A DNA stretch of 32,000 nt. It comes from an uncultured archaeon (lineage in GTDB: Archaea > Asgardarchaeota > Lokiarchaeia > Sigyniarchaeales > Promethearchaeaceae). The position numbers and the translations under genes are program-made. The DNA is taken from positions 10,442-42,441 of the forward strand of contig CAYRPF010000018.1 of NCBI GenBank assembly GCA_964426185.1, read 5' to 3'. Shown here piece by piece: positions 9,491-17,990 of this stretch (position 1 is the stretch's first letter; every line of letters begins with the position of its first letter). The notes beneath the pieces are model-generated. The model worked only from the letters and a program-made list of their open reading frames with translations, was not told the DNA's origin and ran no database searches.

Positions 9491-10606
9491 ATGCAAATCT
9501 TATTGACTGGTGCTTTTGGAAATGTTGGTATGAGCGTTCTCTCTGAACTGCTAAATAGAGGTTTTTTTGTGCGGATTTTTGAACTACCTTCCAAACGTAA
9601 TAAAAAAATTGCTGTTGAAGTCGTAAAATCTCATAGTGTTGAAATTTTCTGGGGTGATTTACGAAATTATGATGATGTGGTGAAAGCCGTTGAAGGTGTT
9701 GATTATGTCCTACACATTGGTGCTATTATTCCACCAATGGCCGATAAATTTCCCAAATTAGCTGAAACCGTGAATGTAGGTGGAACTAAAAACATACTAA
9801 CTGCAATTAAAGCTCAGAAAAATCATCCTCGAATTCTCTATACTTCAAGTATTAGTGTTTATGGTGATCGGCGTAATAATCCTTGGATAAGAACAACCGA
9901 TCCGCTTATTCCAAGCCCAAAGGATATATATGGTCATCAAAAAATGCAAGCAGAGCTAATGATTCGCAATTCAGGCTTGGAATGGTGTGTATTTCGTTTA
10001 ACTTACATTACTTCTATGGATAAACTCGATTTAGATCCTCTTATGTTTGAAATGCCTTTGGAAACCTGCATTGAAATATGTGACACTAAAGATGTTGGTT
10101 TGGCAGTTGCCAATACAATTGAAAACGAAAAAATTTGGGGCAAGAAAAAAATTTTCAATATCGGAGGCGGCCCTGCTTGTCGAACCACATTTGGCGAATA
10201 TCTAATCACCATGTTGGAATTATTCGGATTAGGGAAAGATATTTTACCAGCAGATGCATTTTCACATGAAGAATTTCATTGTGGTTGGTTGGATACAACC
10301 GAATCTCAAAAATTGCTGCAATACCAGCGTACAACATTAGAATCATATTATAAAGAGGTAAAAAAGAAGGCAATGTACACCCGATTTTTTGCTACTCTGT
10401 TCCGTCCGCTGGCTAAGGCAATCATTCTTCGTCGTTCTCCCTATTTCCGCAACTTAAATAAAAAGAAGAAAATTCGTTCTCGAAAATTGTTAAGTATTGG
10501 AGAATATCTACGGAAAATCAATCGTATTACCTCAGAGATTATGAAATCCACGCCAAGTAATTCCGTCTCTGCCAAGAAAAATCAACCAGATATCTCTCAG
10601 AAGTAG
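9491..10606 (+). CDS. NAD-dependent epimerase/dehydratase (extended SDR)
   Basis: TGAFGNVG Rossmann motif, SSISVYG, YGHQK catalytic YxxxK; basic C-terminal tail. Confidence 0.9.
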   Translation: MQILLTGAFGNVGMSVLSELLNRGFFVRIFELPSKRNKKIAVEVVKSHSVEIFWGDLRNYDDVVKAVEGVDYVLHIGAIIPPMADKFPKLAETVNVGGTKNILTAIKAQKNHPRILYTSSISVYGDRRNNPWIRTTDPLIPSPKDIYGHQKMQAELMIRNSGLEWCVFRLTYITSMDKLDLDPLMFEMPLETCIEICDTKDVGLAVANTIENEKIWGKKKIFNIGGGPACRTTFGEYLITMLELFGLGKDILPADAFSHEEFHCGWLDTTESQKLLQYQRTTLESYYKEVKKKAMYTRFFATLFRPLAKAIILRRSPYFRNLNKKKKIRSRKLLSIGEYLRKINRITSEIMKSTPSNSVSAKKNQPDISQK

Positions 10607-10849
10607 TTATTCATTTTTTTTCCAATTTACCAAAATTGCATTATGCTTGATTGAGAATATGATAGCATTCCGTAATTCAACCCGATCATTGTGAACATTG
10701 TAATGTCGTTTTACAGTCAATCCTTTGGTGTTTGAAAGTATTGTAAACCACTCAATACTACTAGTAATTAACGGGTTGAAAATTTAGGTAATTTTTCTTA
10801 ATAAAAAATAATTTAAAATTTCGTTCATAAAGGTGTATTGTAGATAATA

Positions 10850-11506
10850 ATGATTAGAGATGCTGAAAACAAGAGTAGCGAAGCTCAAAAATTAGAAATG
10901 TTGAAGACAGGGACGACTACTATTGGTATGGTTATTAAAGATGGGGTTATTTTAGCCACTGAATCACAAGCCACCGCTGGTTTTTTCGTTGCAACGAAAG
11001 AAGCTCAGAAGCTCTTTAAAATCAATGAACATTGTGGTATGACTATTGCTGGTGGAGTTGCTGATTGTCAATATATGGTCGGACAAGCTCAAGCAATCAG
11101 CCGTTTAATGGAAATTCAGCACGATGGAAAAGAACCTACCACTTCCTATATTGCAAATATAATTCGTAACATCGCATTTAATGGTCGTTCCTATTTCTAT
11201 TCTTTTATGATAGTTGGAGGATATGACACTAAAGAAAAGCGCGGGAAAATTTTTCCGATAGATTTTATCGGTTATATGGCCGAACAAGAAGATTTCGCCA
11301 GTTTAGGCTCAGGATCTTCATTTGCTTTGGGTGTCTTGGAAGCGAATTATAAACAAAACATGAGCGAAAAGCAAGGAATCGAATTGGTAAGACAAGCTTT
11401 GACGGCGGCTAAAAATCGTGATGCAGGTTCCGGTTACGGAATGCAGATTTGTATCATTACAAAGAAAGGTTTCAAAGCAATAGAGGGTCCGTTAGCTTTA
11501 AAATAA
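10850..11506 (+). CDS. psmB: Proteasome subunit beta
   Basis: 21-aa propeptide ending KTG|TTT; mature Thr1, Glu17 and Lys33 at canonical spacing; GSGS motif. Confidence 0.96.
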   Translation: MIRDAENKSSEAQKLEMLKTGTTTIGMVIKDGVILATESQATAGFFVATKEAQKLFKINEHCGMTIAGGVADCQYMVGQAQAISRLMEIQHDGKEPTTSYIANIIRNIAFNGRSYFYSFMIVGGYDTKEKRGKIFPIDFIGYMAEQEDFASLGSGSSFALGVLEANYKQNMSEKQGIELVRQALTAAKNRDAGSGYGMQICIITKKGFKAIEGPLALK

Positions 11507-11616
11507 ACGCGTTTTTATCACAGTTTGATTTATTTTTCTTCACTGTTTTTCTCAACACAAACTCAAATATTTTCAATTTTTTACTAATTCTGGTTTATTT
11601 TAATAATTTTTCTGCT

Positions 11617-11630
11617 CGAATTCTATAAAT
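11617..11630 (+). promoter_or_regulatory. Candidate BRE/TATA box for micro-ORF unit
   Basis: CGAA-TTCTATAAAT, with TATAAA at 11624-11629 about 30 nt before the start codons at 11658/11661. Confidence 0.35.
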
Positions 11631-11660
11631 CTTGTATTTTTTAAATTGCTGTGCATAGTG

Positions 11661-11714
11661 ATGGCCAAGAAGATAGAGATTCGCATTGGATCAATCAAAA
11701 TTCGGATTTTTTAA
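11661..11714 (+). CDS. Candidate 17-aa micropeptide MAKKIEIRIGSIKIRIF
   Basis: Read directly from the sequence; strict Ile alternation either side of a GS turn; TATA-like box upstream. Confidence 0.4.
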   Translation: MAKKIEIRIGSIKIRIF

Positions 11715-11748
11715 ATAACAAAATAAAGAGGAAGTTGAGGTGATAATT

Positions 11749-11781
11749 ATGCTACCAAATGCTGAACCGATTCCAAATTAA
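11749..11781 (+). CDS. Candidate 10-aa micropeptide MLPNAEPIPN
   Basis: ATG preceded by archaeal SD GAGGTGA at 11737-11743 (5-nt spacer). Confidence 0.4.
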   Translation: MLPNAEPIPN

Positions 11782-11812
11782 GTTAAAATTGCAATGAAAT
11801 TATTATAATTCG

Positions 11813-11840
11813 GGTGAATTAAAAAGACACCTTTTTTTTT
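11813..11840 (+). terminator. Short hairpin plus T9 terminator candidate
   Basis: GGTG(11813-16)..CACC(11828-31) followed by nine T. Confidence 0.45.
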
Positions 11841-12104
11841 CTACTTTTATTTAGTAAAAATGATTGAATTTTCTTTTTGTCGTTCAATTGAATTGAAAGA
11901 AATTCAGGGATTACGCCCCTTGAATTATACTTAGAATGAATTTTCTTTAAAAATTTTCTTTTGCTAGTCGTGGTGTTTTGTGGGAATTGAGAATTAGTAA
12001 TTGATTTACTATGTCTTAGTAAAGTATAATGTCAGAGTTTGGGCAAAACGGGATGAAAGTTAGGATGTAAATCAACTATGGGAGAAGTAAGAAAAAAAAG
12101 TTAT

Positions 12105-12638
12105 TCACTTTGTATAATTTAATTTGTATCGCTCCAGAGGCAAAATTACCATTTGGGCTTTTCCTTTGACATTTATTACAGGATTAGGATCTAAAACCCC
12201 ATTATCGGATGAAAAAATCTTTCCATATACTTGAACTTCAAATTTTTTTTGTGATATATCGATATTCTGCTCTAAATTTATCTCCCCTTGAATATAGATG
12301 TATTGTTCGATTAGTACAGGTTTAAGATACCGTAAGCTGAGTTCTTTAGTTACTCCATATCTCTTAAACTTACGATAGACTGTATGAGCCATTACCTCAT
12401 CCAATAAAGTAGCAAGGATTCCACCATGAGCATATCTAGGAAAACCACAAAAATCATAAAAAACTTTGAATTTAGAAAATACTTTATTTGAATATTCTGG
12501 GGAAGAAGAAGAAAAAAACCGCAAATGCAATCCAACTGAATTTTTCTGTGAGCAAGCAAAACAATGGTGATCTATTCCAGGAGGAACATCTACATGAATT
12601 TCTTCCATACCTATCTTTAAAAATTCATTGTATTGCAA
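12105..12638 (-). CDS. PaaI-family (hotdog fold) thioesterase
   Basis: CFAC..N..GL N-terminal motif and HGGILATLLDE; TTG start with AGGAGG SD about 10 nt upstream; follows gltX. Confidence 0.88.
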   Translation of the reverse strand: MQYNEFLKIGMEEIHVDVPPGIDHHCFACSQKNSVGLHLRFFSSSSPEYSNKVFSKFKVFYDFCGFPRYAHGGILATLLDEVMAHTVYRKFKRYGVTKELSLRYLKPVLIEQYIYIQGEINLEQNIDISQKKFEVQVYGKIFSSDNGVLDPNPVINVKGKAQMVILPLERYKLNYTK

Positions 12639-12660
12639 TTGATTTCATCCTCCTGTTTAA

Positions 12661-14448
12661 TCAATTGTTTGTAAAATAACCATAGATTTTTTCATCAGAA
12701 ATCTCTTTAATCTTCACATATCCATAACGTTCAAATTGCACAATGTCTCCGATCGACACTTCTTTTAAAAAGCGTGTGGTAAATCCCGTAGTTATTTTTC
12801 CATCAGGTTGGAGAACTCTCATTTGAATACTTTCTTGTTCAGGAACCACTTGAATCTTGCGAGAATCATGGCTCATTTCTTGTGAATGGTACTTTACATT
12901 TATGGGATCATTGATTTTTTGCACGATTACATTAAACATATCTTTAAATCGGAGAATTTGTCCTACATCCAGTTTGGGATAAATTAGTTTACCTTTAGCG
13001 TTACGGTATTCTTCTAAATCCATTGAAGCCATGTAGACTCGTGCTTGACTTTTGCGAATTGGCAGTTCTATTTTACGTGTTCCTCGTTCTGGAAAATTGG
13101 GGTGTAGAAGTGGTTCAGCAGTGAATTTCTTAAATGGAATCTCGTTAATTACTACAGATCGAGGATCTTCTACAAACCAATATCTATTAGCATGTTCATC
13201 AATAAGTTTGGTATTTTTGGAATAAATCCACTCTTTGTCGAATTCAATTCCGCGATTTGACATTCCTAAATCAAGTAAGGCCTCTCTAACTGCAGTTGGT
13301 TTAATACCTCGTGCTGCTAAAGATTGTAAGCTCCATGTACGAGGATCAGCCCATCCTTCATATTCACCACTATAGACTTTTTGGCGGGCGAGTGTCTTCG
13401 ATAACTTAAATTCACCCGAAAAACGAAGTCGCCCATAAAGTTTAATTTCTGGATGTTCCCATCCATATAAATTCCAAATAAATTTCTCAATTTCTCCTTC
13501 TTTCTTCAAATCTATACCGCGAACAATGTGAGTAATTCCTAGAAGATGATCATCTAAACCCCAAGACCATTCTAGCACTGGCCAGAGTCGTACTTTAGTT
13601 CCTATTCGCGGGTGTGGGGCATCAGAAATCCGCATTAAAATATGGTCACGCAGTGCTGGATCTTTTTGATCCATACCTGTTTTCAAACGGACTACTGCGC
13701 CTTGTTCTGCAATTGAACCGTCTTTCATTTTTTCATACATATCTAAATGATATTCAATTGATTTATTTCTGCAAGGGCATTCTTTGCCTGGACGTTTATA
13801 ATCTTCTCGGAAGGTTTTAGGATCACAAGTACAAACATATGCATGTCCTTGTTCTATTAATTTTTCAGCTTCCTTTTGATATATTTCTACTCGATCACTT
13901 TTATAATACACTTCATGATATTTTATCCCCAACCATTCTAATCCTTCCGGAATAAGATCATAGGCTTCGGGAATAACATATTTTGCTTTAGGATCATTAA
14001 TTTGTGCTAAGGTGGTCCCTATGGTGTCATCAAAAACTAAGAGCAACTTACCGTTATAGCGTTTTACGTATTCATCATTTAAAACTACCATTCTAGCATT
14101 TCCAATATGTAGTGCACCGGATGGGTAAGGAGCTAACCGCATAACAACTTTTCTCGGTTTTGCATTGGGTAAATCTGGTAATACTTTTTCTTCTCTTTGA
14201 TGTTTTTCTTCTGGATCTAGTGCGTGGGGATCTAGTTGCAAAACTTTGTTCGTTTGCACTTCAACACTAAGCTGATTTATTTGCTGAACAATTTCTTGGA
14301 CGCGTCCTTTGAGAACTTTTCCTTGTGAACGAAGATCAGGCCGATCACGCATTAATTTTCCGATTACGGCTTTGTCGTTTGCAGTTCCATTGAAACGGAC
14401 TGCATTTTTTAAACCCTCTATCCAAATAATTTTATCAATCTCATCCAT
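12661..14448 (-). CDS. gltX: Glutamyl-tRNA synthetase (archaeal type)
   Basis: RLAPYPSGALHIGN (HIGH), CTC..CPC Zn region, THIVRG, KLSKT (KMSKS variant), terminal QFERYGY. Confidence 0.96.
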   Translation of the reverse strand: MDEIDKIIWIEGLKNAVRFNGTANDKAVIGKLMRDRPDLRSQGKVLKGRVQEIVQQINQLSVEVQTNKVLQLDPHALDPEEKHQREEKVLPDLPNAKPRKVVMRLAPYPSGALHIGNARMVVLNDEYVKRYNGKLLLVFDDTIGTTLAQINDPKAKYVIPEAYDLIPEGLEWLGIKYHEVYYKSDRVEIYQKEAEKLIEQGHAYVCTCDPKTFREDYKRPGKECPCRNKSIEYHLDMYEKMKDGSIAEQGAVVRLKTGMDQKDPALRDHILMRISDAPHPRIGTKVRLWPVLEWSWGLDDHLLGITHIVRGIDLKKEGEIEKFIWNLYGWEHPEIKLYGRLRFSGEFKLSKTLARQKVYSGEYEGWADPRTWSLQSLAARGIKPTAVREALLDLGMSNRGIEFDKEWIYSKNTKLIDEHANRYWFVEDPRSVVINEIPFKKFTAEPLLHPNFPERGTRKIELPIRKSQARVYMASMDLEEYRNAKGKLIYPKLDVGQILRFKDMFNVIVQKINDPINVKYHSQEMSHDSRKIQVVPEQESIQMRVLQPDGKITTGFTTRFLKEVSIGDIVQFERYGYVKIKEISDEKIYGYFTNN

Positions 14449-14563
14449 AAGAAAGTCAATGAAGTATGAATAATGAAATTTTCTGATAGAAGCTGAACAT
14501 TAAAGAAGATTGAAAAGGAATTCTTTCTATTACTTAAAGTAGAAAAAAACACGGACGACTTGC

Positions 14564-15661
14564 ATGACTGACAAAAATATTCCAGAAAATAAGATTGATT
14601 CAGACTATTTTTATTGTGGACGCTGTAATAAACAATTGAGATATAGTGATGACTCTAAATTCTGTGTTAATTGTGGAGTTCCTTTTGTATTTGATGTTCA
14701 TGGTAAAATCCTCGTTGATGATAACAATCATGCATATATTAAACCTGATTTTGAGAATTCTCCTTATGATTCCACAAATCCATCGACTTCTCCTAATTCA
14801 ATAAACCCATCAACAATGTTCATTCCTGTTCCTCAAGATATGTATTATGGCCAGCCAAAATGGAAAAAACGCCGAACATGGAATTTGCTTGCAGGTATAT
14901 TTCTACCCCTTATTACATATATTTCTATCATTATTGTTAGTGTCATAGTTTTAATCCCCTTTCTTCTGATCTATGGATTTGATTTTTTTTTAACTCAATC
15001 TTCTTGGTTTGAATTTTTTATCAGTGCCTTCTCTGTGTTTTTTTTTCTCGTGCCCTTGTTTTGGATCCAGCGATATTATCCAGGTAAATTAACCATAAAA
15101 CAGCGGATGATTGAATTAGGATTAGATTTTAAGAAATATTCACGAAAAGAATTATTCCGTGAAATTTTATTAGGCATCTTCTTGGGTTTTTTTGGAGTAA
15201 TTGTTGTTTTAGGCTTGCAATGTTTTGCTGGAATTCTGGTCAAATTTTTTTTTGGGATAGATATGGATGTTTTGAGTAGTTCAGATGATTTTTCACAGTT
15301 TTCTGCCCTAGTTCCTGAAAATTTATGGCAATTGCTTCTATTTGTAGCCACCATGGTTTTTTTTGTTGGTATGCCTGAAGAAGTAATGTTTAGGGGATTT
15401 GTGCAGAGATCTTTTGAGACAAAAATGAAAAAACCTTCCGCCTTAATCTTAACTGCCGTATATTTTGCAATTTACCATATTTATATCTACATTCTTAATC
15501 CTCCACTTTTCATTTACTTAAGCATTGCATATCTTGGCTTATCTATTTACTTGGGGCTTATTCGGAATTGGCGGGGCGATATAATTGCCTCATCCATAAT
15601 GCATATGGTTTATAATTCCACCCAGATGATTGTTATCTATCTGATCTTGGTAAATATTTAA
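14564..15661 (+). CDS. CPBP (Abi/CAAX type II) intramembrane metalloprotease with N-terminal zinc ribbon
   Basis: CGRC..CVNCG N-terminus, multiple TMs, PEEVMFRG, FAIYH and HMVYN motifs. Confidence 0.9.
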   Translation: MTDKNIPENKIDSDYFYCGRCNKQLRYSDDSKFCVNCGVPFVFDVHGKILVDDNNHAYIKPDFENSPYDSTNPSTSPNSINPSTMFIPVPQDMYYGQPKWKKRRTWNLLAGIFLPLITYISIIIVSVIVLIPFLLIYGFDFFLTQSSWFEFFISAFSVFFFLVPLFWIQRYYPGKLTIKQRMIELGLDFKKYSRKELFREILLGIFLGFFGVIVVLGLQCFAGILVKFFFGIDMDVLSSSDDFSQFSALVPENLWQLLLFVATMVFFVGMPEEVMFRGFVQRSFETKMKKPSALILTAVYFAIYHIYIYILNPPLFIYLSIAYLGLSIYLGLIRNWRGDIIASSIMHMVYNSTQMIVIYLILVNI

Positions 15662-16662
15662 TGAGGTTCACTGTGATGAACATTAATGGTAACCAGAATT
15701 GGGTTGAATTTTTCCAAAAAAAAGCACTCCAACAAACAAGCACAATATTGATTGGTATTTCAGAAGATGCTTCGTTTTATCAGCGATTAAGACCAATAAT
15801 GCTAAAATTTCTTATTAACAGCAATTTATCCTTTGTTTTAGTAGGAAAAAATCCCATGAAATTCCATTCTTCTTCTAATTTTTCTTCGTTTCAAAACCGA
15901 GTTGAAACCATAACAGATCCAAAACCCGAGCAAAGAATGGCATCTCTAATATTTAACCAGTCAAATCTTCGAACAGATCATTATCAGATAATAACAAAAC
16001 CTATTGTTGTAATCCGAGGTGCATTGAGTTCTTCAAAATTTCTTGCTGCTATTAAAAATGAGATTAGGAAAGTGCCTCCATATCAAAAAATTGATGGTAT
16101 TCCACTCCAAACAATTTCACGTTTGGCATTATTGGAGACCGCAGAAAATTTTCAATTCTTTTTTGGTGGAGTTGGCATTGATGAAGTAAATTCATTTGAA
16201 AGTAAACGGAAAATGATTGGATTGAGTCGTCTTTTTTTTGAAAGGCTTAAACATCCGCTACATATCGGTTTATTAAGTGGAGGCAGGCTTTCGGATGAAG
16301 GTCGGGATGCAATTGTGGATCAGAGTCTTTCTGAAGCAAAAAGATTGGAAAAAGTATTTACCGAGATGTGGAAGAAAAATCCTCCAGATATTCCATGTTC
16401 AATTTCACATTATGAAATTTTAATTGAACAAGCTATTTCCCATAATGTTGATCTTTTAATTGCACCTAATGGCATATCCGGGAATCTTATCTATCGAACT
16501 TTGGTTCATTTAGGAAAGGGGCGATCCTTTGGAGCCGTATATTTGAATTTATTTTTGCATTTTAATCGAATTGTCATTGATTGTTCTAGAGTGGCACCCT
16601 CTTTTGAAATTGAAGGTGCGATTGGATTAGCTGCCGGCTTAGTCCCCTTTATGTTGCTTTGA
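15661..16662 (+). CDS. MtxX / methanogenesis marker protein 4-like
   Basis: VIRGALSS, GVGIDE, LSGGRLSDEGR and APNGISGNLIYRTL motifs; TAATG stop/start overlap with upstream gene. Confidence 0.75.
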   Translation: MRFTVMNINGNQNWVEFFQKKALQQTSTILIGISEDASFYQRLRPIMLKFLINSNLSFVLVGKNPMKFHSSSNFSSFQNRVETITDPKPEQRMASLIFNQSNLRTDHYQIITKPIVVIRGALSSSKFLAAIKNEIRKVPPYQKIDGIPLQTISRLALLETAENFQFFFGGVGIDEVNSFESKRKMIGLSRLFFERLKHPLHIGLLSGGRLSDEGRDAIVDQSLSEAKRLEKVFTEMWKKNPPDIPCSISHYEILIEQAISHNVDLLIAPNGISGNLIYRTLVHLGKGRSFGAVYLNLFLHFNRIVIDCSRVAPSFEIEGAIGLAAGLVPFMLL

Positions 16663-16720
16663 ATTTACCCAACCATAAAATTTTAATATATTTCTTAAGG
16701 AGTTGGGAACTACCTAGATT

Positions 16721-17074
16721 ATGTCTCGATCTCTACCGAATATAAAATATCAAATTAAACTTTGGGTAAATGAGCAACGCATTCCTATGAAACCTTATAT
16801 CAGCAATACTCTGGGTAATATATGTATGGCATTTTTGAGTGAATTAAAAGGATATAAGCCCGAATTATTAACTCAAATCCAAATAATGCCCCTCAAGTTT
16901 GAATTCGAATCAGTTAAAGTCCAAGTGGGTGATCAGAGTCTTGAATTGAAGGATTTTGTCCAAAAACAAATGAGTGCTGTAATTTCTGCATTTATATCTG
17001 TTTTGGATAAAATTCCTGTCCCATTTGACGAATTGAAGAAAGTAGAAATCCGAATAACCTTACAAAAAAAATAG
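16721..17074 (+). CDS. Hypothetical protein with two internal repeats (resembles MobB C-terminal extension)
   Basis: IKLWVNEQRIPMKPYI..MAFLSELKG and VKVQVGDQSLELKDFV..SAFISVLDK are alignable halves; GGAG SD upstream. Confidence 0.65.
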   Translation: MSRSLPNIKYQIKLWVNEQRIPMKPYISNTLGNICMAFLSELKGYKPELLTQIQIMPLKFEFESVKVQVGDQSLELKDFVQKQMSAVISAFISVLDKIPVPFDELKKVEIRITLQKK

Positions 17075-17087
17075 TAGGTTAATTTTC

Positions 17088-17990
17088 TTGAATGAGCAAA
17101 AGTTGAAGCACATCGGTTTTAACTATCGGTACCTCATCATAATTTGGTATATTGGGACAAATTTTGCTGGCTCACAACGTCAGCCACAGAAACGAACGGT
17201 TGAAGGTTGTCTAATTAGTTCTTTAAAGAAAACTAATTATATTGAAGATGCACAAACCAACTTATTTCGCGCCGGAATGAGAACGGATAAAGGCGTTCAT
17301 GCACGGGAAGCAGCTTTTGCCTTTTCAACCAATAAAAAAATGATTCCCCGTTTATTAGATTCTGATTTACCCACCGATATCGGATTAATTAGATTCGCAG
17401 AAGTTTCTGAACATTTTCATCCCAGATGGAATTGTCTTGAAAAAGAATATCAATATTTTTTACCAGTACCTCAGAAAGAACTAAAGAGCCTAAATTTGGA
17501 AAATATTCGAAAAATTCTAAAGCTTATTGCAGGTAGACATGATTTTCGTCATTTTTCAAAAACCGACCACACAAAGCCCAATCAAAATACCGTTATTACG
17601 CTTAAATCTTGTTCCATTTTTGAACAACCTCATGGATTATTGTTCTCATTTACAGCGCAAGCATTTCTTTGGGAGCAAATCAGACGAACCGTCCAATTTC
17701 TATATCAAATTGGAAAAGAAACGCGCACGGTGGATGATTTGACTCGACTATTAACATCTCCATCAGATCCAGAGAACAATCATAGAATTCACCGTGAAAA
17801 ACCACTACCTGCAACCGGTCTCACTTTATATCGCGTTCAATTCTCCACTGAGATCAAATTCCAAGAGTATCAAGCTAAATTATATCATAAAAGGAAATTT
17901 TTTCAAGAAAACTTGATATTTTATCAGCAAAATACCTACTGGCTCGAAAAATTTAAAAAAAATCTTTTCCAAGGTCTTAAAGATCAATAA
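17088..17990 (+). CDS. truA: tRNA pseudouridine(38-40) synthase
   Basis: YIGTNFAGSQRQ, RTDKGVHA with catalytic Asp, GRHDF, AFLWEQIR; TTG start. Confidence 0.92.
   Translation: MNEQKLKHIGFNYRYLIIIWYIGTNFAGSQRQPQKRTVEGCLISSLKKTNYIEDAQTNLFRAGMRTDKGVHAREAAFAFSTNKKMIPRLLDSDLPTDIGLIRFAEVSEHFHPRWNCLEKEYQYFLPVPQKELKSLNLENIRKILKLIAGRHDFRHFSKTDHTKPNQNTVITLKSCSIFEQPHGLLFSFTAQAFLWEQIRRTVQFLYQIGKETRTVDDLTRLLTSPSDPENNHRIHREKPLPATGLTLYRVQFSTEIKFQEYQAKLYHKRKFFQENLIFYQQNTYWLEKFKKNLFQGLKDQ

Noticed and set aside
11661-11781. Micropeptides as HbYX proteasome-gate activators, given adjacency to psmB
   Set aside because: C-termini (RIF, IPN) lack the penultimate Tyr of the HbYX motif.
12029-12070. 13-aa ORF MSEFGQNGMKVRM
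   Set aside because: No SD, pattern or terminator support; expected by chance.
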